From an uncultured Bacteriovoracaceae bacterium (GTDB taxonomy: Bacteria; Bdellovibrionota; Bacteriovoracia; Bacteriovoracales; Bacteriovoracaceae): DNA of 64,000 nucleotides. The DNA lies in contig CAXGUD010000017.1 in NCBI GenBank assembly GCA_964012805.1, positions 20,892 through 84,891 of the forward strand. The letters run 5' to 3'. A program made the translations under genes and the position numbers. Below the pieces are notes generated by a model. The model was not told where the DNA came from, made no database searches, and saw nothing but the letters and a program-made list of their open reading frames with translations. This document shows, piece after piece, positions 10,306-21,609 of this stretch. The stretch's first letter is position 1, and each line of letters opens with the position of its first letter.

Positions 10306-11342
10306 GAGAAATCAATCCTAGGATCAACAACAACGTAAATAAGATCACTAATTAGCCTACCAACGAGCATCAGAACACTTTGCACAAAGATAAGGCCCAT
10401 GACTACATTATAATCTCTCTCCAAGACGGCTTTGTAACCTAAAAGACCCATACCATCTAAGTTAAAAATTAGCTCTAAAAGCAAAGAGCCAGCAAAAAAG
10501 ACAGTCAGAAAGTCAGCCAAACCTGTAACAATAGGGATTAAAGCATTTCTTAAACAATGCTTTAGATGAACAACCTTCTCAGACAAACCTTTCGCTCTAG
10601 CAGTACGGATATAATCCTTTTTTATTTCATCTAAAATTGAGTTTTTCATCAACATAGTTAAAACAGTAAAGCTTCCGATCATGTAACAAATAATTGGTAA
10701 AACGAAGTGATGCAACCGATCAACAAATTTACCAAATGTTGTAAAATCATCGTAGTTATCAGAGTAAAGTTCACCAACAGGGAACCACTCGAAAAAGGAG
10801 CCTCCCGCAAAGTAAACAATAAGAAGAACCGCAAGCATAAAACCAGGTATCGAGTAAAGGACGGTAAGAAAAACCGTGGTTACTAAATCGAACTTCGTTC
10901 CATGTTTGATTGCCTTTATGACCCCCAGGGGAATGCAGACCAGGTAGGTAAGAATAAAAGAAATAATTCCAAACTGAAGGGACACAGGAAACTTAGAAGC
11001 GACAACATCTAAAACAGGCTCCTCATAGGTGAAACTTTCGCCGAAATCCAAACGCGCTAGATTTTTTAGCCAAATCCAGTATCTTACATAAATCGGTTTA
11101 TCAAAGCCATACTGCTTCTTTAAAGCCTCAATGACCTCTTTAGAAATACCAGTGTCGCCTCCTTCAGAGCCTGTACCAGTTCCAGCTCCCGCTACTTGAC
11201 CCATCCCTCCAAAACGGAGTTCTTGGATCTTTTTTTCAACAGGACCACCTGGAGCAAGATTAATGATAAAAAATACCACCAATGTCACTCCAAAAAGGGT
11301 CGGTATCATTGTAAGCAGTCGCCTTAAAATATAGGTATACAA
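10302..11342 (-). CDS. yejB: Peptide ABC transporter permease (YejB/OppB type)
   Basis: YILRRLL, APGGPVE, YGFDKP, YIRTARAKGL, VDPRIDF; 4-bp overlap with the next gene. Confidence 0.92.
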   Translation of the reverse strand: MYTYILRRLLTMIPTLFGVTLVVFFIINLAPGGPVEKKIQELRFGGMGQVAGAGTGTGSEGGDTGISKEVIEALKKQYGFDKPIYVRYWIWLKNLARLDFGESFTYEEPVLDVVASKFPVSLQFGIISFILTYLVCIPLGVIKAIKHGTKFDLVTTVFLTVLYSIPGFMLAVLLIVYFAGGSFFEWFPVGELYSDNYDDFTTFGKFVDRLHHFVLPIICYMIGSFTVLTMLMKNSILDEIKKDYIRTARAKGLSEKVVHLKHCLRNALIPIVTGLADFLTVFFAGSLLLELIFNLDGMGLLGYKAVLERDYNVVMGLIFVQSVLMLVGRLISDLIYVVVDPRIDFS

Positions 11343-11357
11343 TTTTAGGTCTCCCTA

Positions 11358-13034
11358 TTACTTCTTAATCCACCAATAACTTGTACCTATACCAAAGGTA
11401 TAGGTGTCCTTCTTTCTACCTACTCTGTCTCTGTAAGCATAGAAACCATATTTCTCGTTAAATAAAAAGGCATAAGGAGCATCTTCAGCAATCATCCTGT
11501 AAACCTTTCTTAACATTTTTTGCCTTTTTTCTTGATCCAAAGTCTCTCTTGCTTGATCAATAAGCTGATCAACCTCTAAGTTCTTATAGCCAATAAAGTT
11601 TGACCCTGCTTTAGCAAAAGAAGAGTGCCAAATTTGCTTTGGGTCCCACTCGACTGCTCCGCCGCTCCACCCTAAACGGACTGCCTCAAACTTTCTTTCA
11701 TCAAGCAACTTAATGAAAGTTGTCCACTCAGAAAACTGAATTTTTACATCAATACCAGCTTTCTTTGCATCCTCTTTAAATACAGTGAGGTATTTAACAA
11801 ACTCCTTTCTTGGTTCAAGAATTGTGAAACTAAAAGGAACTTTTTTTCCATCAATTATTTTATAAAGAATTGAATCTTCTGAATCATCTTTCCAGCCATC
11901 TTCTTTTAGAAGCTTCAAAGCAAGCTTTGGGTCGAAAGAAATGGCTTTAATTGTAGGGTCAGCATAAATACTTTGCTGATATTGAGGACCTGTTGCTGGC
12001 AAACTCATTCCATATCGAAATTTCTCTATCATTAGATCTCTGTTGATCAAGTGATAGAGGGCCACTCTTGTTTTCTTGGATTGAAACATAGGGTTTCTAA
12101 GGTTCCATCCTATAAAACCATATCCCTTAGGACTTTTATTTTGATACTTAACCTTGAAAACTTCTTTTCCCCATTTTTTACCACTAGTCTTAACAACATA
12201 TTGTTCCGAAGTTAAACCAAGAAAATCAATATCTCCCTTTTCAGCGCGAATAAGGGAAACACTGTCATCTTGGATGAATCTAAGTAGTATTTTGGAAAAG
12301 TTATTGGTTCCTTTTTGGCTTTTATCGCCCTTACCCCACCAACTTTTATTAGCCTTAAGAATAATATTTTTACCGCGGTTAAACTCATTAAGAGTATAAG
12401 CTCCGGTTCCAACCAAAGTTTTATTCAACCTTTTAATATTTTCTTTGCTTGTATCTTCATAAAGGTGCTTAGGAATAATTGTTAAACCTGCAACAACATC
12501 GAAGTTTCTAAAATACTTTTTCTTTGCAGTGAAACGAATTCTTGTTTTATCAAGAATTTTGGCTTCTCCAATATTCTCATAATAAGGCTTGGAATGAGCT
12601 GTTTTCCATCTATTTTCTTTATCCATAATGGCATCAAAACTAAACTTTACATCCTCTATCGTTAGAGGCTTCCCATCATGCCACTTAACACCTTCTCTTA
12701 TGGTGAAGGTATAATTAAGACCATCTTTAGAAACTTCCCACTTAGTCGCAAGGGAAGGTTTCCAGCCATAAGACTCGATATCTCTTTCAAGCAAGCTTTC
12801 CAAAATATAACTTTGGACCTGACTCGCATAATATCCTGTTGAGCTAAGAGCATTTAAGGTTGTTGGTTGCTGGCCTAAGTTTATCTTAAAAACACCTGAC
12901 TTTGAGTTAGCTTTAGATCCGTCTTTGTTAGAAGCCTTTTCCTTTTTTAGGCATCCAACTAAAGAGAAACAACAAAATGCTAAAAGGGCAATGAGCGACT
13001 TTCTCGATACCGCCCCGCTTAATACGCTATGCAT
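11358..13034 (-). CDS. Peptide ABC transporter substrate-binding lipoprotein (SBP family 5)
   Basis: Lipobox SLVGC; LATKWEVSKDGLNYTFTIREGVKWHDGKPLTIEDVKFSF signature. Confidence 0.92.
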   Translation of the reverse strand: MHSVLSGAVSRKSLIALLAFCCFSLVGCLKKEKASNKDGSKANSKSGVFKINLGQQPTTLNALSSTGYYASQVQSYILESLLERDIESYGWKPSLATKWEVSKDGLNYTFTIREGVKWHDGKPLTIEDVKFSFDAIMDKENRWKTAHSKPYYENIGEAKILDKTRIRFTAKKKYFRNFDVVAGLTIIPKHLYEDTSKENIKRLNKTLVGTGAYTLNEFNRGKNIILKANKSWWGKGDKSQKGTNNFSKILLRFIQDDSVSLIRAEKGDIDFLGLTSEQYVVKTSGKKWGKEVFKVKYQNKSPKGYGFIGWNLRNPMFQSKKTRVALYHLINRDLMIEKFRYGMSLPATGPQYQQSIYADPTIKAISFDPKLALKLLKEDGWKDDSEDSILYKIIDGKKVPFSFTILEPRKEFVKYLTVFKEDAKKAGIDVKIQFSEWTTFIKLLDERKFEAVRLGWSGGAVEWDPKQIWHSSFAKAGSNFIGYKNLEVDQLIDQARETLDQEKRQKMLRKVYRMIAEDAPYAFLFNEKYGFYAYRDRVGRKKDTYTFGIGTSYWWIKK

Positions 13035-13172
13035 AAGAACTCCTTTCTATTCACTTGGAATTTCATACTTGACAAAAATTATTCCCATACTAGAGGAAAC
13101 CAAGTAAAACATAAAGGGTAATAAATTAATTTTTCTTATTTTTACGTTGAGGAATTCTTCTGGGTCATCAAT

Positions 13173-13862
13173 TTATTTTTTATAAAACAGGCGATTATCA
13201 AGAGACCATCTATCAATCTTAAGGTTTTCATCTTCAACCTTATAACGCTCCATTTTAAATTCAACATCCTCCAAACTAGAGAGGGAGTTTTTATAAATAC
13301 GAAGAGAATTAATTCTATCTTCCTCCAATTGTGAAAGCTCTCTCTTCCACTCTCTCTGCAACTTAAGACTTAACGCACTATACCTACCATTTAATGCGTC
13401 CACCTTCTCTATATAGCTGTCCACTTCTTTTTTACTTTTTTTCACCTTATTAAGAAGGGCTAACCTCTTTTTTTTTAAAATAGCAACCAGCTCTCTTCCC
13501 ATTTTAAGATTATTAACTAAATCCTGACTAAAAAACTTTAAATAGGCTCCCTCCTTAACGTATGCCAACTTTGCGCAAAGCTTAAATGTTGATATTTTGA
13601 TCAATAGGTATTCATTAGTTTTTCCCAAAATGAACCCTCGACATTTATCCAACTTTACGCTTTGATCCCAAAAAGTTACCTGATCCTTTTTATTGAGATA
13701 TCTAATATTTGAAAAATCAACCTTCACCTTAATCAAACCAGCGACAACATTAAGCGTCGAAATTCTACCCGAAAAAAGACCCTCTGAAGGAGTGGCCGGA
13801 GAATCAACTAAAAGCAGAGGGGAAAAGTAAATGAATAATAACTTAAAAATGATCAATTTCAT
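13173..13862 (-). CDS. Hypothetical exported protein, small beta domain plus long coiled coil
   Basis: Signal-peptide-like N-terminus, a Cys pair, and a heptad-rich C-terminal half. Confidence 0.75.
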   Translation of the reverse strand: MKLIIFKLLFIYFSPLLLVDSPATPSEGLFSGRISTLNVVAGLIKVKVDFSNIRYLNKKDQVTFWDQSVKLDKCRGFILGKTNEYLLIKISTFKLCAKLAYVKEGAYLKFFSQDLVNNLKMGRELVAILKKKRLALLNKVKKSKKEVDSYIEKVDALNGRYSALSLKLQREWKRELSQLEEDRINSLRIYKNSLSSLEDVEFKMERYKVEDENLKIDRWSLDNRLFYKK

Positions 13863-13912
13863 TATTATCAGTATAAAGATAATTTGGGTAATTTATTAGA
13901 ATGGAATAAGAT

Positions 13913-14305
13913 TCACTCTCCAGCTTCAACCCTTAATTGAGCGTCTATATGAACATTTAATATTTGAAGGATCCCCTCTAGTTCTCTTACGCCTTGGTTC
14001 AATTTATCTCGCACAAAATTAGGTAGATCTTCGGTGTGATTTAAGTACCAGAATAAATCATCCACTTTTGAGTAATATTTATCTAAAGCTATAATCACCT
14101 CTTCGGAGCACTCCTTTAAGTCATCAACATTAACTTGTTCATAACGATTTGAAAAAATATCCTTAAAATGGACTCTTGTTCTTTTTACTGCAAAAGTTCT
14201 TAAATATTCGTCCATCCTATTCTTTATCCTTTCAAAAACATGTTTTGCATCGAGCTTAAGAATTACCAAAACTTTTTGTTGATCTTCAGACAGATGACTT
14301 TTCAC
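13913..14305 (-). CDS. Hypothetical protein (130 aa)
   Basis: Co-oriented ORF filling the gap; GTG start; no motif recognised. Confidence 0.75.
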   Translation of the reverse strand: MKSHLSEDQQKVLVILKLDAKHVFERIKNRMDEYLRTFAVKRTRVHFKDIFSNRYEQVNVDDLKECSEEVIIALDKYYSKVDDLFWYLNHTEDLPNFVRDKLNQGVRELEGILQILNVHIDAQLRVEAGE

Positions 14306-14376
14306 CAGAACGTCCCCAAAGTTAAATTCATCAAAAAATAGATGGATAAAATTTCTTTATACAACTAATGGTATTC

Positions 14377-14775
14377 CTAGTTAACTCCGTAAAATTTTTT
14401 ATAAGCTTTAACTAAACTATTGACCAGGTCGCCAACCTCTAGTGGCAAAGGAATATGCCCATATACTTCCTCTTTGAGGTAATTTTTACTCATTTTTAAA
14501 CTACCAAATGAGTTCATATCCATTAAGAAAACCTTCTTATTTTTCAAATAGTAGTCTAAATAAAGGTTTCTTTGCTTAGTTAACTTGTCTAAACTTTTTA
14601 AGTCTTTAACAAAGGAAAAAATAACCCTTTTCTCTTTTCTTGCGTAAACTCCTATATCCTGGGCATTAACAGGAACTAGTTTCAGACTAAAATCAGAAAG
14701 CTTTTGACTTAGGGGGAAGTAGAAACTTGGTATATTTTTACTCAATCTTAGATAAAGAATAGCTGAGGGTAGCAT
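14377..14775 (-). CDS. Hypothetical protein, possible degenerate receiver fold
   Basis: AAGGTGG SD-like sequence upstream; alternating beta/alpha pattern ending HIPLPLEVGDLV. Confidence 0.65.
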   Translation of the reverse strand: MLPSAILYLRLSKNIPSFYFPLSQKLSDFSLKLVPVNAQDIGVYARKEKRVIFSFVKDLKSLDKLTKQRNLYLDYYLKNKKVFLMDMNSFGSLKMSKNYLKEEVYGHIPLPLEVGDLVNSLVKAYKKFYGVN

Positions 14776-14811
14776 ATTTTTTCCACCTTATTAAACAAAA
14801 ACACTCTTTTC

Positions 14812-14838
14812 CTTTCGTCAACAAAGTGAAAATATTTA
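14812..14838 (-). promoter_or_regulatory. Putative sigma28 (FliA) promoter
   Basis: Minus strand TAAA-N15-GACGAAAG versus consensus TAAA-N15-GCCGATAA. Confidence 0.45.
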
Positions 14839-14852
14839 TTGAAATAAACAGC

Positions 14853-15584
14853 CTATAAATTTATTCCCTTATCTTTACAGACTCTCAATGTATTTTCGAT
14901 TTTATGGTTATTCCCTCTTTTTATACACTTTTTTAAATCCAATAAAGTATCAATATCCGACCACTTCTCCATTAATCTCACTCTTAAACCAATCTTTTTA
15001 CATTGGTTTATCAAGACCTGAGAAACACTTTCATTATCTAAAACTAGGCTATCAATATTTTCAAAGAGGTCATAAAATTTAGAGTTCATCCCTAAATAGT
15101 AAAAGCCACCATCATCATCTGGGCCAATAATAACATCCTCAGTTTGTAAATCATGAAAAAAACGTTGATCTAAAAAATGAAACGGGAAGTCTGGAATATC
15201 TGTTCCTGTTAGGTGGATAAAAGAACTGTCATTTTCGAGGTTAATTTCTTTGAAAACAAGCTTTAACCTCTCAAAAAATTTCTTTTTAACCTGAAACCTA
15301 ATTCTAAAATGATCTAAATCTAGTTTAGTTAAAATATCTTCAAAATAGGCGATGGATTGTTTTTCAGAAGGGGTAACAAACAACTCAATATTTCCTAGGT
15401 TTCTTTTCAAGAAACCTCCCGTCCTTTGAATCAATTCTAAGTTTTTAAAGAAATCTTTAATAAAAGCATCATACAAACAAAAAGACCTCTCTTCACCCAG
15501 CTCTTTCGCGAGCCTAGTCTTAGAAAAACCTCTTATTGGTCTTTTGCCAATCACAACAAAAAATCTTTTTTGACTTTTTTTCAT
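14853..15584 (-). CDS. DUF2064 / TIGR04282-like nucleotide-diphospho-sugar transferase-fold protein
   Basis: KRPIRGFSKTRLA, GTDIPD, IIGPDDDGGFYYLG, DIDTLLDL. Confidence 0.85.
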   Translation of the reverse strand: MKKSQKRFFVVIGKRPIRGFSKTRLAKELGEERSFCLYDAFIKDFFKNLELIQRTGGFLKRNLGNIELFVTPSEKQSIAYFEDILTKLDLDHFRIRFQVKKKFFERLKLVFKEINLENDSSFIHLTGTDIPDFPFHFLDQRFFHDLQTEDVIIGPDDDGGFYYLGMNSKFYDLFENIDSLVLDNESVSQVLINQCKKIGLRVRLMEKWSDIDTLLDLKKCIKRGNNHKIENTLRVCKDKGINL

Positions 15585-15613
15585 CTTAAGTTTTCAAGCT
15601 TAAAAATTAAGTT

Positions 15614-15642
15614 AAAAAAAAGGGAGGCTCTAAAGCCTCCCT
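15614..15642 (-). terminator. Rho-independent terminator of groESL
   Basis: Stem AGGGAGGCT/AGCCTCCCT followed by a T run on the minus strand, about 36 bp after the groEL stop. Confidence 0.9.
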
Positions 15643-15678
15643 CGTTATTTAAAAAAAATAAAGTGAATGAATGCCTTT

Positions 15679-17352
<1,674 letters not shown>

Positions 17353-17424
17353 TTATAAATAACTATTTAATCAATAAACACACTTAATTCTAAAATGATA
17401 AAATATGCTTTTTTTTAAAACTTC

Positions 17425-17712
17425 TTAATGAAGAACACCTAGAATATCATCCTCTTTCATGATGAGGTATTCCTGGCCCTCAACCTTAACCTCTGTTCCA
17501 GAGTACTTACCAAAAAGGATTTTATCTCCCTCTTTAACGTCCAACGACCTAACCGTCCCATCATTTAAACGGTAACCTGGTCCAACAGAAACAATCTTCC
17601 CTTGAGCTGGCTTTTCTGCATGATTATCAGGGATGATAATCCCGCTAGCAGTTTTAGTTTCTTCTTCCAACCTTTCAACAAGAACTCGGTCCTGTAATGG
17701 TCTTACTTGCAT
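17425..17712 (-). CDS. groS: Co-chaperonin GroES
   Basis: [33 protein letters not shown]. Confidence 0.99.
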   Translation of the reverse strand: MQVRPLQDRVLVERLEEETKTASGIIIPDNHAEKPAQGKIVSVGPGYRLNDGTVRSLDVKEGDKILFGKYSGTEVKVEGQEYLIMKEDDILGVLH

Positions 17713-17783
17713 AATTTCCTCCGTTGTATAGATCTATCTTCGATAGAAGTTCGATTACAAGCTATTAAAAAATTGTCCAAAAC

Positions 17784-17811
17784 AATCTAATATGTATGAA
17801 ACTGCTGTCAA
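17784..17811 (-). promoter_or_regulatory. Putative sigma70 promoter of groESL
   Basis: Minus strand TTGACA-N16-TAGATT. Confidence 0.5.
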
Positions 17812-17868
17812 GTGCACCTGAAAAAAAAAGAGGCCAAAATTTATTGCGTGATGCGAAATAGACACATA

Positions 17869-20559
17869 TCATTTCAGATCATACCAGTTTACGCCTAGCG
17901 ACATATCTACATCCAAAGGAACCTTCAGCTTCACAACCCCTTCCATGCAACTTCTAACAATACTTTTCATTGCGTCAACCTCATCCTCCACAACTTCGAA
18001 AATTAATTCGTCATGGACCTGAAGCAGCATTTTCGATTTGAGTCCTTCTCTTTTTAGTGATTCGGATATGTTTATCATAGCGACTTTAATTATGTCAGCA
18101 GCAGTCCCTTGAATAGGACTATTTACAGCAACCCTTTCCGCAGCAGACTTTATAGTCCTATTTTTGGAGTTAATATCGGGTAAAAACCTCTTCCGGCCAA
18201 ATAAAGTTTCTGTATAGCCCTTTTCCTCACAAGCTTCCTTGAGAGAATCCATGTAGCCTTTAATCTTATTAAATCTTTCAAAATACATCGTGATATAATT
18301 TTTCGCTTCTCTTCTTGAAATTCCCAGAACCTTTGCGAGACCAAAGGAGGATTGGCCATACATAAGCCCAAAGTTCACTGCCTTGGCCATAGATCTATCG
18401 TTAGCACTTACTTTGTCCAATGGAACACCTAGAACTTCAGAAGCGGTTTGAGCGTGAATATCAAGTCCATCCAAAAAAGACTTGACCATGGTAGGGTCCT
18501 CCGAAAAATGGGCCAAAATCCTAAGCTCAACTTGGGAGTAATCTGCCGTTAGCAAAAGCCTTCCCGGAGAGGCAATAAAACCCTTCCTTATCTTTTTTCC
18601 ATTATCCGACCTTATTGGGATATTTTGCAAGTTAGGATGAACTGATGACAAACGTCCTGTAGCTGCCGTATGTTGGCTAAAATGAGTATGAACCCTTTTT
18701 GATTTGGAGTCGACAAGCTCGGGAATGGCCCTAACATAGGTACTTAATAATTTATCAATTTCCCTAAAATTAATAATCATTTTTGGAATGTTACTTAAAC
18801 CTTTGGAATCTAATTCCTCTAATACCTCTGCACTTGTGGAATAACCGGTCTTAGTTTTAGAAATAACTGGCAAACCTAATTTCTCAAAGAGCAAAAATCC
18901 TACCTGCTTAGGAGACCGAAGGTTAATTTCAGTTTCTTCATCAAGTTCTGTAAGAGCTTCTTTTACTTGATTTTCAATGCTTTGCAATTTTTCTTGAAAT
19001 TCATTCTCAAGTTCTTTAAAAAAATTATGGTTAATTAAAATCCCTTCTTGCTCCATGCTTGCAAGAATAGGCAAAAGCTTTAAATCAATATCGAAGTAAA
19101 CTGAGTTTAAATTCAACTCACCCAAATCTTTTTTTAATTTACTTGCAAGGAGAAAGTTAGAGCAAGCCCTTAATCCCAAATAATTAGATTTCTCAATTAA
19201 TGGGAGGTCTGAAAAAGAACCATCTTTTTTATCTAATTTAGGAATTTCTATCCCTAAATTATTCTCTACCATTTTTTCAAAGGAATGGTTTCCTGAGCTA
19301 TCTACAACATAGTGGGCCTGAACAGTGTCAAAAAAGGTTCCCTCGAAATCCTTAAGATTTTTCTTAAGAAAAAAGTGATCTCTTTTAGAGTGCTCCGAAA
19401 TGATCTCAACTGAGGGCTTTTCTTTTATAAATTTAAAAAATGTGTCGAGAAAATTTGACTCTGTATTAAAATAAAATGACTTTTTTCCTTCAAAAGAAAC
19501 AGCTGCACCAATTATCTCTTTTTCAACCAAATCAGATTCTTTAAATTCGGTGAAAAGTGAACATGTACCATGTTTTTCCAGTAGAGATTTAACTTCATTA
19601 ATTTCTGTCTCTGACTTGACAACAACATAATCAAATTGCTCCACGGTCCCACTTTTTTCAGCTCGCTCTCCCGGAGCATCCAACATGAGTGCCAATTTTT
19701 CTAACCGGACAACATCCCTTTTAAAGCCCAATCCTTTTAAAAATTGAATTAAATCTTCAGTTGGGTAAAACAGCAACTTGGACTGCTCAACATCCAGACC
19801 TAATTCGAGGTCACACTTTATGCTAACAAGCCTTTTTGATAGTTCAGCATCTTCAATATGATTGTTAAAGGCATCAATGACTCGCTTCCCTTTAAGTTCA
19901 TGCTTATTATTTATACAGCCGTCTAATGTCCCGTACTTAGCAAGCAGCTGTGAAGCTCCCTTGACACCAATTCCCTTCATACCAGGAACGTTATCTGAAG
20001 AATCACCAACAATAGAAAGGAAATCGACTATCTGGTTAGGCCAAACCCCCATTTTATCTTTTACACGGTTCGTATCGTATTTAATGTCTTTCATAGTATC
20101 CAGCATAAAAACGTTATCACCTACAAACTGCATTAAGTCTTTATCACTGGAGGCGATTAGAATCTCTTCAAAGGAAGACCGCCACTGGGTACAAAAACTA
20201 CCTATGATATCATCTGCCTCATAACCAATAATTTGTTTACACTGTAATCCCATTTTTTTGGTCATATCATTTATAAGGTTAAATTGAGGAATTAAGTCTT
20301 CTGGTGGCTCGGAACGGTTTGCTTTATACTCGACATACATATCGTGACGAAAGGTCTTTTCCTTTGAGTCTTGCGCCAATACGAGATGAGATGGCTCATA
20401 CTTTTCAATCAGCTTTAATAACATAGACAAAACACCGTTAATAGCATTAGTCGGAGTGCCATCTGGTGCATTCATAGGTCTAATTGCGTAAAATGCCCTA
20501 AAAATAAAGCTACTAATATCAACTATAACGAGCCTTTTTTCCATTGTCTTATTCTCCAT
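17869..20559 (-). CDS. polA: DNA polymerase I
   Basis: 5'-3' exonuclease domain (FRAFYA, YEADD, GDSSDNVPG) and polymerase motifs ADYSQVELR, KAVNFGLMYG, QVHDEL. The start is probably the ATG at 20559 or 20544, not the GTG at 20580. Confidence 0.98.
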   Translation of the reverse strand: MENKTMEKRLVIVDISSFIFRAFYAIRPMNAPDGTPTNAINGVLSMLLKLIEKYEPSHLVLAQDSKEKTFRHDMYVEYKANRSEPPEDLIPQFNLINDMTKKMGLQCKQIIGYEADDIIGSFCTQWRSSFEEILIASSDKDLMQFVGDNVFMLDTMKDIKYDTNRVKDKMGVWPNQIVDFLSIVGDSSDNVPGMKGIGVKGASQLLAKYGTLDGCINNKHELKGKRVIDAFNNHIEDAELSKRLVSIKCDLELGLDVEQSKLLFYPTEDLIQFLKGLGFKRDVVRLEKLALMLDAPGERAEKSGTVEQFDYVVVKSETEINEVKSLLEKHGTCSLFTEFKESDLVEKEIIGAAVSFEGKKSFYFNTESNFLDTFFKFIKEKPSVEIISEHSKRDHFFLKKNLKDFEGTFFDTVQAHYVVDSSGNHSFEKMVENNLGIEIPKLDKKDGSFSDLPLIEKSNYLGLRACSNFLLASKLKKDLGELNLNSVYFDIDLKLLPILASMEQEGILINHNFFKELENEFQEKLQSIENQVKEALTELDEETEINLRSPKQVGFLLFEKLGLPVISKTKTGYSTSAEVLEELDSKGLSNIPKMIINFREIDKLLSTYVRAIPELVDSKSKRVHTHFSQHTAATGRLSSVHPNLQNIPIRSDNGKKIRKGFIASPGRLLLTADYSQVELRILAHFSEDPTMVKSFLDGLDIHAQTASEVLGVPLDKVSANDRSMAKAVNFGLMYGQSSFGLAKVLGISRREAKNYITMYFERFNKIKGYMDSLKEACEEKGYTETLFGRKRFLPDINSKNRTIKSAAERVAVNSPIQGTAADIIKVAMINISESLKREGLKSKMLLQVHDELIFEVVEDEVDAMKSIVRSCMEGVVKLKVPLDVDMSLGVNWYDLK

Positions 20560-20642
20560 TCTTTTCGATGGTTGTAGCACTTCCCAACCAGCAAAAAAAG
20601 ACTGAATTCAAAGATCGTTAGAAAGAAAAAAATGGCCCAGAA

Positions 20643-21137
20643 TTAAACACCGCGGCTTGTTTCAAACCAGCTTGAGGGTTGCTTTTTAGAAGATATCTTT
20701 GCTCCAGTTAATGGCACAACTGAAGTATCGGCCATGACATCACCCAAACGGTGCGCAGAATCAATCTTAAAAAGCAGATATACTTCTAAAAGAATAAAGA
20801 AAGGAGAGATAAGAAGAGAGAGTATCCATCCCCAGAAGGGGAAAATAGAAAAGATAAATGGCACTGATAATGGTAAATTTCTTATAAACGACTGTTTATA
20901 CGAGCACGGTCGTCCGTCATCTAATGATATTACAGAAAACCCTAAAAACTTTTTCCCAACCGACTGCCCCCCACGCAAAGCATCACAAACAGAAATATAG
21001 ATCACTCCAAGGAGGACACCACCGGGATAAAATGGTATTGACACGATTAACACAATAAAAAGGTCAATAGCTTTAGCTACCAGTCGAGTTAAACGAGCAA
21101 CTTTTTGGGGAGAATTAAGAAAGTATTTCCTGTTCAT
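20643..21137 (-). CDS. RDD-family membrane protein
   Basis: RLVAKAID, GQSVGKK, RN, RLGDVMADTSVV. Confidence 0.9.
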   Translation of the reverse strand: MNRKYFLNSPQKVARLTRLVAKAIDLFIVLIVSIPFYPGGVLLGVIYISVCDALRGGQSVGKKFLGFSVISLDDGRPCSYKQSFIRNLPLSVPFIFSIFPFWGWILSLLISPFFILLEVYLLFKIDSAHRLGDVMADTSVVPLTGAKISSKKQPSSWFETSRGV

Positions 21138-21274
21138 AGTAATATTTTATTTTATAGGTCCATTTTTCGAAATAAGAAATTTTTTCAATCCATGAAAGCC
21201 TTTCTTATTCCACGATTCTATACAAAACATCAAGCTTGTTATATGAGTAATGAAATCGTTTCAAGGAGATTCCA

Positions 21275-21598
21275 GTGAGTGGAGTAGGAAAAACAAATCA
21301 AGAAAATTTTGACACTGATGTACTTCAATCAGAAAAACCAGTATTAGTTGATTTTTGGGCGGAGTGGTGTGGTCCATGTAGATCTCTAGCGCCTGTTCTA
21401 GATGAAGTGGCTCAAGAAGTCGGCGATAAAGCTGCAGTTATCAAAGTAAATGTTGATGAAAATGGGGATTTAGCACAAAAATATGGTATCAGAGGTATCC
21501 CTACAATGATATTCTTCAAAAATGGAGAGGCAGCCAAAACACTTGTAGGCTTGCAACCCAAAGAGGAAATTAAAAAGAGTCTAGAAGAGCTCTACTAG
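21275..21598 (+). CDS. trxA: Thioredoxin
   Basis: DFWAEWCGPC active site, GIPT cis-Pro; AAGGAG SD, GTG start. Confidence 0.97.
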   Translation: MSGVGKTNQENFDTDVLQSEKPVLVDFWAEWCGPCRSLAPVLDEVAQEVGDKAAVIKVNVDENGDLAQKYGIRGIPTMIFFKNGEAAKTLVGLQPKEEIKKSLEELY

Positions 21599-21609
21599 GA
21601 TTCTCCCAA

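Noticed and set aside
17713..17868. CIRCE or sigma32 element upstream of groES
   Set aside because: No TTAGCACTC-N9-GAGTGCTAA and no CCCCATNT found; only a sigma70-like promoter.
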